This document shows positions 52,336 through 64,000 of a stretch of 64,000 bases of DNA, in pieces. The first letter of the stretch is position 1. The number at the start of each line of letters is the position of its first letter. This DNA comes from Octopus vulgaris. Taxonomy: Eukaryota. The notes beneath the pieces were generated by a model that saw nothing but the letters and a program-made list of their open reading frames with translations, did no database searches and was not told the origin of the DNA. The position numbers and the translations under genes were made by a program. The stretch covers positions 107,446,001 through 107,510,000 of the forward strand of contig OX597823.1 in assembly GCA_951406725.2 (NCBI GenBank), in the 5' to 3' direction.

Positions 52336-54009
52336 TATATATATATATATATGTGTGTGTATGTATGTATATACAGCTGCATATATTTGAATGTATGTAC
52401 ATATTGTCCGCATACATATATATATACGCACATATAAAGTGATAGATTTACGAATAGAGTGAAAATGTATTTGAGAGAAAAACATAATGCAATAAAAAGA
52501 TAGATGTGTATTTGTATCCCTATACAAGCAGACCACACCCACCAGTTTTACTGAGCGTATGCAAACTGTATTCAAAGGTAGGAAAGATCGTTCGACGTGT
52601 GTCGTCATATTAAATATGTAAGATTTAACTGTGGCCATGCGGGTGCAAAAACGCTTATTTGCGTGCGTACCTATATGTCTGCATGTAGGCTGGTGAGTTT
52701 GTATACATTTGTATGTGTATGTTGGTTTCTGTGTTTGTGTCTAAGCAGGAAAATATTAATTGTATCGTAGGCACTTTAGAACAGGCTGTAAGTGTTCACT
52801 GAACTAAGTCTGCCCCGGTGTTCGATTCTGGATTGAAAACTTTACCGATCACAGTGGCATAACTAAATATTTCATTGTACTTTGAAGCAGAATATTTTAC
52901 TGTTTTACCTATAGAACATACTAAAACCTAGCATTCTCTGAGTATATTAACTTAAAATAGCTTTCAGTCGTGTAAAACCGGCGTGTATATTATCATCTAT
53001 TTTAAAAACATGTATGAATATCATGTATATATCTTTATGTAGCGCACCGGAGAAATCAATAGTGCACCATGTTAAAGGCATTATAGAAGTGTACCACTCA
53101 AAATAAAGTAAAATAATTATTCTCTATGAGGTCATTTTTGCATTTCATTAATTCAAGATCTGTAATACATATGTACACATATACACACACTCTCAAAGAC
53201 ATACATTCTATCATATGTCAGACCAGGAAAATCCTGCTACTGGTACTGTGTAACCCTATATTATCGTTTTTATCGGAAACTAAGCTGGCTCCCCCACCTA
53301 GCTTGTCAGGTGAGGAAAGTATTGTGGACACTGCAGGACTAAAAGCAAAAATGGCCAAAGGACGGATGAGCTCATTATGAACCAATGGTTATTAACACGA
53401 CTGGTGCTTTGTAAAAATAACTACAGCTAGGCCGGAAAACTGTGAAAATGGTCCAAGGTTATAGCCGGGAAAATTCATTGGAATTTTCCCTGCTATAGCC
53501 TTGACTACTTCTATCACGGTTGAGACGTCACCCCATTTAACAAGGTTTCGGTCAGACCAGGATAACTCTTGCCAGCCTGGCGAAAAGCATGTTACAAGAG
53601 TCAACAATAGCTACTACCCTTGGATTCATCCCAAACTAACACCCCGTCAGATCAATTCTAGACAACTCCCTCGACACCCGTACTCTGAATTCAGAAGCAG
53701 ATAGATTTAGCACTGCAACCGTTGGCACAAAATTAGATATGAATTAGTAACAGGCAAGGGTTGGCAGCTGATACACACTACAGCAGATGACACTGAGAAT
53801 CCGTCACAGCCATTTCTAGGTTACTCATCACCACATTTTCCAGGAGCAAGAATTCTCAGAAGTCCTAGTTTAAACCAGCTGTTAACGTTTGCTGCTCACC
53901 AACTAGTACAGCAAACCATCAATATTCATTATATACATTATTTACATCTTGTTGTAAACACATGTTTTGAAGAAATTTCGAATCTGGGTATTTTTCGATG
54001 TTGTTGTTC

Positions 54010-54075
54010 AGGTCACTGCCTGGAATCGAACTCGGAATCTTGGGATTAGTAGCCCGCGCTCTTAAACTCTGCGCA
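54010..54075 (-). mobile_element. tRNA-like SINE head fragment
   Basis: Minus strand has ...ccgagttcgattccaggcagtgacc (B box). Confidence 0.5.
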
Positions 54076-54089
54076 ATTAAGGAGTGAAT

Positions 54090-54900
54090 TTTAGGGCTTA
54101 TAAATCTATTATTTTCCTATCTTTCCTTAATACCGGTTCCCATATGCTATTCATATCTGCACTCGGTCTGCTTAGGAGATTGTTGTGTCCTAGCATATGT
54201 GCTGCTTCTTTTAGTTTTTGTATTTTCCAGTGGTGTTCTCTGTCTATTATTTTAACTTCATCCCACGGGAAGGTAGTCTCTATTTGTCCATATATTATCA
54301 GCTATACTCGATTTATCAATATCTCCTCGTGTCACAGCTTTGCGATGTTCGTCTACCCTTATTTTGAGAGGCTAGCATGTTTCGCCTTTATATATCCTAA
54401 CACAGCTGCATGGGATGGATTACATGCAGTTTTTGGTCATATTCTCCTCTATTGGTGGTTTTACTCGAAGGAGATATTTGCGAAGTGTTGTATTTATTAC
54501 TCTTGAATATTGTCCTGATGTCATATGGCCGCATATCTTTTGTATCTTTACGGAGAGGCCTTTCGCATAGGGTAGACAGACTGTGGACAGTTTATTGGCT
54601 TCATCCTCTCTTTTCTTCATAATTGGAGTGGATAGAATGTTTTTAGGGTAGTTGTTGCTTAATAGATTGTTACTGAGCTTGATCATTTCTTCGTGGTGGG
54701 TATCACGATCGCTACTTATATTCTTTGCTTGATGTTTTAGGCAATGAACAATCTGTCTCTTTACACTATGGATGGTGGGAATTGAAGTTGAGGTATCGTC
54801 CAGTGAAGGTCGGCTTGCGGTATACGGATATCCTGAATCCATACTTGGTGCGTGTTATTAATACGTCCAGAAATACTAGCTGATTGTTTTTTTGCTTTCC
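54090..54900 (-). mobile_element. Penelope/Poseidon-type retroelement remnant (RT thumb + GIY-YIG)
   Basis: LVFLDVLI..., VYRKPTFTGRYLNFNSHHP, LLSNNYP, VCLPYAKGLS, TLRKYL. Confidence 0.88.
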
Positions 54901-55269
54901 ATTGTGGACTGTATGGATGGCTTTATTGAGTTCACATGATCTAACAGCACTTGGACATAGACACAGATAAACGTACAGAGAGGGAGGTGGTGGGAGAAAG
55001 AGTGACAGAGACACAGCGAAGGCGGAGAGGGAATGAGAGTGGAAGCTGTCAAACGTCGTTATAGAGAGAATGTGGCGGGAAGGAAGGAAAGAGAGAGTTT
55101 GAGGAAGACAGGATGATATCCAAAAGTGAGAAACGACAAACACTTGTCAAAGTCTGGGCTTTGTTGCTCTAGTAACCGCACCTTTCCAGTACCATTAATA
55201 ATACTAATAATAATAGAAATAGTGTAGTTGATGGCGCTAATAATAATAGTAACAACAATCATAACAATA

Positions 55270-56114
55270 AAAATTCGTTTCGATCTCGGAGGAAGGACAA
55301 CCCCAACAGAATTAAATTTTTGTCTAGTAATTCTAAGATTAAGAATTCTATTTACCAGTGTAGAATTTCTTCCGGTACCGATGTCTTTTCCTATATAGGA
55401 GCGTCCACTTCCCAGTTATCCAAGAGAATTTCTAACCATTATTCAACATTCAGGGATAGTAAAAAACGACATAGTACAGGACTAAGTAAATTAGTTTGGC
55501 GTCTTAAAGACAAAATATAAATTTCAAGTTAGATTGGTTCATACTGTCTGTATCCTTTCCTTTTGATAAGGGCAGGAGATTTTGTAACATTTGTAACTCT
55601 CAACTCTTCCATATTCTCTTCTCTAAGGTTCCCCTAGTAAACACACTCATAGAAAAATCATACAAATGTAAACACTGGCAGAAACATACTTTCTACTCAT
55701 ATAAATGATAACGATAGTCACTGTGGTTTGAACAATTAGCTTTACGTCAACCCCACTTCTATAGCGAAATTCTTTCCTAAGCCTTCGAACATTCTTTCAA
55801 TCAACGTACCCTTCCCTCTCCACTTGTTCCCTACCTATTATTCCTTTAACCCTTCTCTTCCTACTATCTATCTTTGACGTCAATTCTTCTAACGGTTTTT
55901 TTAAAAAACACTCATTATCGTTTTGTTTACCATGTAGGCCGTCATCGAAATTTTTGTTTGTCTTGTTGTCGAAAGAGGCTCCCTTTCTTTCCTGATGAGA
56001 AGATTGCATAATGCACCCTTTATTCCTTTGGAATGAAAACATGTCTTCGAAACATATGTCGAGAGTAAAGGAATTTTGTTAACATCCTCGTTCGACTCTG
56101 CTGCTTTAAATAAA

Positions 56115-56116
<2 letters not shown>
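55270..56116 (+). mobile_element. Naiad-type Penelope-like element 3' end (GIY-YIG EN + pLTR)
   Basis: IYQCRI...SYIGAST..LSKRISNHYSTF....STGLSKLVWRLK, then a frameshift, then LDWFIL...RFCNICN...KCKHWQK*. A hammerhead and AATAAA follow downstream. Confidence 0.8.
55987..56065 (+). ncRNA. Type I hammerhead ribozyme, canonical core
   Basis: ctttc-CTGATGA-gaaga...tcttc-GAAA-catatg-TC-gagag. Palindromic stem III, GUC cleavage site. Confidence 0.88.
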
Positions 56117-56617
<501 letters not shown>

Positions 56618-56679
56618 TTCCCTTTACAGCGGTGGTGCCACAGCATGGCCGCGTCCTTCGGGCTAAAGGATTTTTAAGG

Positions 56680-56744
<65 letters not shown>

Positions 56745-56823
56745 TATTCAGATGAATATGGTACTTAAGTTGAGGCACCAGAATTTAGTACGATATTATC
56801 CATACAATTTCAAGGTGATTAAA

Positions 56824-57065
56824 ATCAAAATAAGCAACAAGGATATCCAGAGGTAATGTAGTATGATCGTTTCATGCAACTCCATTTAGTTTAACAATGC
56901 AATCATTACATCAATTTAAATGCGGAGCAATCTTCAGCTGTCTTTGTGCAGCTGAAGATTGCTCTGCATTTAAATTGATGCAATGACTGCATTGTTAAAT
57001 TAAATGGAGTTGCATGAAATGATCATACAACATTACCTCTGGATATCCTTGTTGCTTATTTTGAT
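56824..57065. mobile_element. Foldback element C (117-bp arms) with hammerhead-like motif on each strand
   Basis: Arms 56824-56940 and 56949-57065. Plus strand: CTGAAGA-ttgctc...gagttgcat-GAAA-tgatca-TA. Stem I is weak. Confidence 0.72.
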
Positions 57066-57173
57066 ATGTGTGTATGTGTGTGTGTGAGTGTGTGCGTATG
57101 TGCATGTATGCACACAAACACACACATACACGTTTATTATTGTACTTATTTTATTATTTTAACTCATGTCCAT

Positions 57174-57218
57174 TGTCCGGAAATCTTTCGTCGCACATCT
57201 GTGGCCTCTTCAGCGACA
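57174..57218 (-). ncRNA. Minimal hammerhead ribozyme-like motif (family D)
   Basis: tgtcg-CTGAAGA-ggccacagatgtgcgac-GAAA-gatt-TC-cggaca. Confidence 0.62.
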
Positions 57219-57270
57219 TTTTCGTTTTCGCGTGTGTTCTTGCTCCAGTTACTCCATTCTTAGAACTGCG

Positions 57271-57348
<78 letters not shown>

Positions 57349-57356
57349 CATGCGTA

Positions 57357-58640
57357 CATACTGCAAGAAAGCCTTTGACTCTGTTCCCTACTCATGGGTG
57401 CTGGCTGCCTTTCAACTTGCTAAAGTTCCAGTGAGAATAGTCAAACCTATAGCTGACTTGACTTCATCATGGGCTAACATCTTGAAATTAAACACAAAAG
57501 AGTGACTGTATTACCACTGATAGAATACAGTGTCGCAAAAGCATATTCCAAGGGGCCAGCCTCTCCGTGGCGTTGTTTATACTTTCTTAAACCCCTTGTA
57601 ATTCATGTTAAGGAATTCTGAAGGACAGCTCACTGGTTCACGAGGAAACACAAATACCAAAACTACACACGGCTTCTTTGTGGATGACTTGACACATTCT
57701 GCAAAGAATATGCACGAAATGTAAAAGAGCCTTGACCTAATTAACTTTCTGAAAGAATGTAGGGTTGAAGTTTGGTCAGGATAAATTTTGTTATATGGTT
57801 GTGAAAAAGGGCAAAACTGTAAACCAGACTAGCAACATCTCCATCATGGATTTGACTGTTTCCTTTATATCTGACGAGGAATGTTACAGATATCTAGAAG
57901 TGGATGAAGACATATATTACAATGTCACCTGTAACAAAACTCGTGTCACTAAAGAATATTACAGCCGAATAAAAAACATTTGGACCTCAGATCTCTCCGC
58001 ATTCAATAAAACTGACCTGCAATGTGTTTACAGTACCAGTGCTCATACCAACATTTGGGCTGCTTGATTGGACGCTTAATAAAATCTGGTCTTAAAATCC
58101 GATAAATACTAACAAGCATGCATAATTTCCACATAAACAGTGGCGTAGACCGCCTCAGCCTAAAATGAAAACAAGGCAGTAGAGGCTTAACATCGATCCA
58201 AAATGTCTTTGAATGTTGTATCATATCCCTTCGGCAACATCTTTTAACCACCAAGTGTCGAAGTGCATCCCTTGACCAAGTTTGTATACATAAGGCTGAT
58301 AACATCCCAAGACTTGAAAGGCAGTTTCTTCAGCAACATTCCTTGCCTGATAACTTTAGATACATGTCTAAAGAAGTCGAATGACTCAACCGAAACGTAC
58401 TATCAGATGAAAGGAGGTGCATTTATGAGCAAAAGACTATGCATGGATGTTAGTAGAAAGCTCCCAGATGGTAGTAACAAGATCATAGTAAGCAGTCTAT
58501 TATGGACCAATAGCCGGATTACTAGGAAGGGTATGCTTTGCAATCCAAGAACAGGAAATATCAACCAAATACCTGATGCACAAAAGAGATAGAGATGCAG
58601 GAAAAGCAGTAAAATGAGACAACCGATGCTGTAAAATGTG
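57357..58640 (+). mobile_element. Third R4/Dong-type LINE RT remnant
   Basis: CKKAFDSVPYSW, IFQGASLSV.LF, FFVDDL, KFGQDK, YRYL, KEYYSRIKNIW.SDLSAFNK, G.RGL. Confidence 0.85.
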
Positions 58641-59561
58641 ACAACCGCCTATGCAGCCAACTTAATCTGACTAGAACACCACGCTCTGTGGGTTCCTTGT
58701 TTCTGTAGTCAAAACAAGTCTGTGAAACAGTGTGTTCCCATTTAATCGCATTCATTGACATTTAGAAGGTTTTCTATAGTATGTGAAAAGAGGACTGATA
58801 AACTCTGCTTTAAAAGATGTGGAGATAATCAAGCAGTTTCACAATGACATGCTTACCATGATGTCTCTTGATATCCTTTCAGGTCTAACATGGAGTAAAG
58901 GAAGGCAGTTTTTTCAACGCTATTTGCATTATTTCTGCATTGTGATTGTTGGGATAGCAAGCAAACTCAACAGTTAAAGTGTGTTCACATATTTGGGCAA
59001 TACAATTTCTGTTGATAACAGTCAAAACCTCTCATACAGCGACTCCAGTTGAGTGCCCATCGTTTAAAAAGAGTATGGTGAATGGAGTTTCTACCAGATC
59101 CCTTACTGCGCACCGAATACATCTATTTCTTGACACTGGCGGGAACCTCCCGTCTTCTTACAAATTCTTTACTTAGTTTCCTTAGAGGCCTCTTGAGTCT
59201 AGGTTTTGTGTCATTACATATATATATATCACATATTACACGCACAAACGTACACAAACACACATACTAAAACGAATGTGAGAAAATAGGGGTGTTTTCG
59301 TCAGCAGTCATAAATGAGCACAATCTATAAAAACACAGGGTAAGCATTATAAGTGAAGAAATCATACGAAAATAAGCCTGTGGAAAAACATACGAAAATG
59401 AAGTCTCGCGAAGGGTTACAGCAACTCTGGCACCGTAGATAGCACAGGGTACACATAGTGCGTCAATATTCAATCAATGGATATGGTTGTTGAGCAATCG
59501 AGGCACAAAAACAAGTAAACATGTAGTTAGCGACTAGAGTGGAAAAAAAAGAAGCAAAAGG

Positions 59562-59606
<45 letters not shown>

Positions 59607-60599
59607 TAGGCTCCATGCAATTTAAAAGTTACGTAGGTTCGTTAAACGAACCTTGCTCGTCAGGCCTAGGAACGGAACAAAGAGATGGAAGACGTTCAAG
59701 ATGTTTACTGGCGGTTGGGCTGTTAATGATCGAACCAGGTTACATGGTGTTGTTGATATTGGCATTGAAATATCAGCAACATCAGATACAGAAATATTTC
59801 TCGGAGCGCGTTGTTGAACAGATTGTTGTCGGTACCTCACCGTAATATGGGTGAGAATCTTTAGCGACACCAGCTGCATGTATGTGTGTGTGTGTGTGTA
59901 AACCTGATACATGAGTGCGTATCTGGTGCGAGTATGGTTGTGCGTGCGTGTGTGTGTGTAAGCTGACAGCATCAGCTCGTTGGTGCGTGCATACTTGTGG
60001 TTGTGTGTGTATACTTGTCATTCTGGGAGTATATACTTGTAGTTGTGAGTGTGTACTTCTAGTTGTGGGCGTGTATCAGATATGCGACTGTGCTTGTGTG
60101 CGTTAATATCTGTTGTGTGTGCGTATATGTATGTAATTGATGGTTTGTGAGTGCGTATGTGCACGCATACACTGTATGTGTGCCTTCGGGATGCATGTAG
60201 GAGTGTGTGTGCGTCTGAATATGTCTGGTATACGTATATTTGCATTCGTTATGCGCATGTATGAATGTGTGCGTATCTGCATTTATGGGCGTGTGTGTGT
60301 GCATATCTATGGTATTTGTGTATGAGCAAGTCTGGTGTATATCTGGTGTGTGTACATGTCGGACTAGTGTTTCAGCATGTATATGGACAGATGTGCAAGT
60401 ATGCAGCATCGGGAACCACGCACTAGCAACAGCATCATTAACAGGATAATCAGGGTTGATGTTGGATTAAAATTTGGTAGTGGTAGGGAAAGAAAGAAGT
60501 GAAAACAAAAATGTGTGTGTGTCTGTATGTACGTACGCACGCACATATATAAAGAGAATCATGGGAGATTGCAATAGAAAAATATATATATATATAAGG

Positions 60600-61040
60600 C
60601 TGGAAAGAGATCGTGTGGTCTGAGCAGGCAGCAGATGTTAGGTACCCTGCTTTTGTTTATGGGGCAACCAGTACTAAGGTGGTATATCTGGGTTGTCGAC
60701 AGTCAGTGGTTTGAATTAACCAAGAAAGTCAACATCTAGCGGCAACGATACAACTTCGTTTTTTTCCTCTTGATGGATACTGCAGGTTGGTGGAGAATAT
60801 GCATCCTTTCGCAGAGGAAAAGCTGGCAATTGCAGACATAGTTAGGTCCATGAAGGGCCAGTCGACTTTGGGCGAGTCATTCCGGAGGTCGCGAACCTAC
60901 AGTCCCAATGTGTAACTATCAAAATCCTACCGGCTACCCTATGGAAAGATTCTGCCTTTCAAGGGCTGTAGTCTACAGATCTACTCTCACACCATCTAAT
61001 GGCACAAGTCACTACACAGGCATGACGGTTAATGGCTTGA
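60600..61040 (+). mobile_element. Degenerate L1/Tx1-type LINE fragment
   Basis: gaggtcgcgaacctac (EVANL) region is similar to the AEVANPY motif near 29500 (minus). Confidence 0.35.
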
Positions 61041-61865
61041 AGTGAAGATAGATACAATATATGCATTTCCTCAGATGCAGGGAGAAAAAATTCAACTTCC
61101 TTGACCCGCTTTATCTGGAGACTCCATCTCACACGCAACAGATGAGTACACTCACACCGTCATACTGCAGGTACAGCTCCGCATCAGCAGCCGGTATCAC
61201 TAAAGATTCTCAACTATATTATTTAAACAGTGAGGTGCCACTAACATCCTGTTCAACAACGCAGTTCAAGAAATACAGATTGGGATTTCTATTTGATGTC
61301 GCTGATTTTTCTATGTCAAAAGCAATAACATCATGTAACCCACCTTCACCAATAGCTATCTTTTACTTCCTGCAACTTTTCATTCAATCGCCTATGCTTG
61401 ACGAACTAGATTCGTATGACGAGTCTCCAAAGTTCCAAGGAGCCGAATGAGACTTATTGAAAAATAACAATAGGTGTAACTTCCATCAAATGTGTTGAGT
61501 GCCTCTTTCTTCCACTTGTCCACTCGCCCATGTACGTGTGTTTGTGCAACCGTTAATCCTGAGCGTCTGTTTCCACATCTGTCTGTCTTGTAAATATTTT
61601 GAACCATATATATATATATATATATATTGTCGTAAACGACATATAAGGATTCCCAAACTTCTTGCTGAACCAGCTCGGACGAGTTATTTATAGAAATCAA
61701 ATTTTTGTGTGCATGATGTGGTCCAGATATCAGTGATCGCAGTGCAACGTGAAATGAAGTGTTTTACTTAAAAACGCAGGGAATCGAAACTACGGTTTTA
61801 CGATTATGGGTTACATCCTAACCACTGGGCCACGAGCCTTCTCTCTTTTGTGTGTGCATTTATAT

Positions 61866-62060
61866 ATTATCTGATAAACACGATATGCGTTTTTATGCGC
61901 TACTATTAGTCTGAAGTGTTGAGAGCATGCCAATCAGTATTTTTTAACAAGTCTGATGATTGTGCTAGGACACCAAATATGTTAAAAACAGTTTGGCATG
62001 CTCTCAGCTCATAAAACTAATTGTTGCATATAAAAACACATATTGTATTTATCAAATAAT
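61866..62060. repeat. Degenerate foldback with a central hammerhead-like remnant
   Basis: gagagcatgccaa / ttggcatgctctc plus complementary outer arms. Centre is CTGATGA-ttgtgctaggacacc-AAA-tatg-TT. Confidence 0.6.
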
Positions 62061-62109
62061 ATTTATCCCTCACCAGATGGAGTACTTGTTTAGTTGATGT
62101 ATATGGTCT

Positions 62110-62560
62110 CATAAACCAGTCATCTACTCATAGACCACCAAATCACAGTGTGCAGAAATATGTCAAAGGCCTTCTCCAAATCGACGAACGTTAGGTACTC
62201 CTAGCCATGTACTTAGAATTATTTCACAAGAAATATGGCATTGATGGTGGGACAAAGTTGAACCGCATCGCATCTAGATTAATCCCATCCCTATTTAGTT
62301 TTGTAATAATCCTTTATGTAACCTTCATTATGTAATTCGACAGCTCAATGCATCTGGAATTTCTTGTTCCTACTGCATTTCACTTACCTTTGTAGTTGTT
62401 TACGTCGATGGTGCAGCACTAGTCTTTGAGTATAGCTTTACTTGTTTTACTATATTATCCTGTATCCTACTTCGCCAGATATTTTAAGCATGATGGCAAC
62501 TATTCCCGATGGAGAAACTACTTTCCTTACCTTGATATGTGTAGATATTACCATACAGGT
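62110..62560 (-). mobile_element. RTE-type LINE RT fragment
   Basis: FVDLEKAFD on the minus strand (62164-62190); upstream YKGK and IELSNYIMK motifs. Confidence 0.7.
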
Positions 62561-63317
62561 TTCCTTTAATAAATCATACATTTTGTTTTATATGCCTATA
62601 TACACTTATGGTAGCTGTACATGAGAAGATTAAAGGACCAACATTTGAAAATCGTCATGTACCTATCGATATTTTCATAAACCATTCTCGATACAGAAAT
62701 AATGCAACTGTTAGGGCTGAAGAGAGCAAGTTACAATTTGATATATAAATTTGACAGCATCAAAAATTAAAAACAACTCAACAGGTAGTTTTCTTGAAAA
62801 TAAACACATTTAAACAGCATTTAATCTTTATCTTACTTATTGGTGACATCTGGAGTGTATGCATACTTCGGCAGTTAATGAACGTATAGCTACAAGTACA
62901 ACATCATCATTTCAAAGTAATTCATACACATGTACTCTAAAAGGTATCCCTATTGTATTCTCAGGTCATGTACATTTAAAATTTAGCTGTAGTGTATAGT
63001 CTAAGTTCAAGTTAATGGTATGAAAACTAATTAAGCATATCCATTCACAAAATAGGTACAGTATTAATACAGTGGCTTTTCCCAAAGAGTAAAAGGTCTT
63101 ATAAGGATGACTAAAAAATAATACAACAAAGAATATTATTTTCCATTTCAAATTGTGACATTGATATCAATAACTATGAGGGCTCTATATGCTATTATCA
63201 TATCCTTATAGTAAGGCTGCTCATCACAAAAAGCTGATGGATAAATGTTCTTGCAATGCAAATGCAAGGGATGTAAAAAGTAACGCTGGGGTTTATATAT
63301 ATATATATATATCTTTG

Positions 63318-63368
63318 TCCAACCCATGCCAGCATGGAAAGTGGATGTTAAATGATGATGATGATGAT
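63318..63368 (+). mobile_element. RTE-type 3' tail with (ATG)n
   Basis: gtccaacccatgccagcatggaaagtggatgttaaatgatgatgatg. Confidence 0.55.
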
Positions 63369-64000
63369 CTTTGTGTGTGTGTGTGTGTGTGATTTCATTA
63401 AACAACTAATGCCTTTCTAATAGTACATATATTCCAGAACATCAGCAATGAGGAGAATAGGAAACTCCATATGAATATTAAAGGGAATTAGCATACATTG
63501 CTACCACATCAGAATTAGAATTAGGAAATATTGGTAAGATATAGAAACCATGCTGTCAATAAATGGAAATGGAGATTTAAAAAAATAACCTAAAGTTTGT
63601 TATAAAAACTCATTTTAAGGAAAGGGTAGGAAGTGAAATGATTGTACATATATATATAAACACACACACAGACACATGCACACGAATACAAATGTGGAAA
63701 ATAAGGTAAGATCAGAAACAAATAAGGACAGCTGTAGCATATCGGTACTAAGAGTTTTTTTTCTGAAGTTTGCTTAAAAAAATGTTTCTCTACAACTTAT
63801 AAAGAATTGAATTTCTTTAGTGTATGAATAGAATATAAACTTATTCTATAGATAGATGGTCTCAGATTTATCACAAACAAGATATATAATTTTGTGTTTA
63901 AGCCTTTTACAAGAATATTAGTAATGTTGTGTAAAATTCAATAAAGAAAGTTGAGAATTGAAAATTGGATCATGAGCTTTACTTGTCAGAAATATATTTC

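Overview
AT-rich, microsatellite-dense eukaryotic (animal) genomic DNA. No host protein-coding gene could be supported. The 5S sequence and SINE/LINE content suggest a cephalopod, probably octopus (inference). The window is mostly decayed transposable elements: several Penelope-like retroelements (Neptune-, Poseidon- and Naiad-like RT/GIY-YIG remnants), R4/Dong-, CR1-, Tx1- and RTE-type LINE remnants, Tc1, hAT, a non-autonomous Helitron, MITE-like foldbacks, tRNA-derived SINEs and a 5S rRNA copy fused to a SINE-like tail. The most striking signal is about a dozen intact or degenerate type I hammerhead ribozyme motifs from at least 6-7 sequence families. Most sit in short Penelope pseudo-LTR-like elements, often inverted-repeat (foldback), that abut (TA)n tracts. 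One family carries a compensatory G3:C8 catalytic-core swap (GUGAACA instead of CUGANGA). All structures were folded by eye; coordinates of degenerate elements are approximate.
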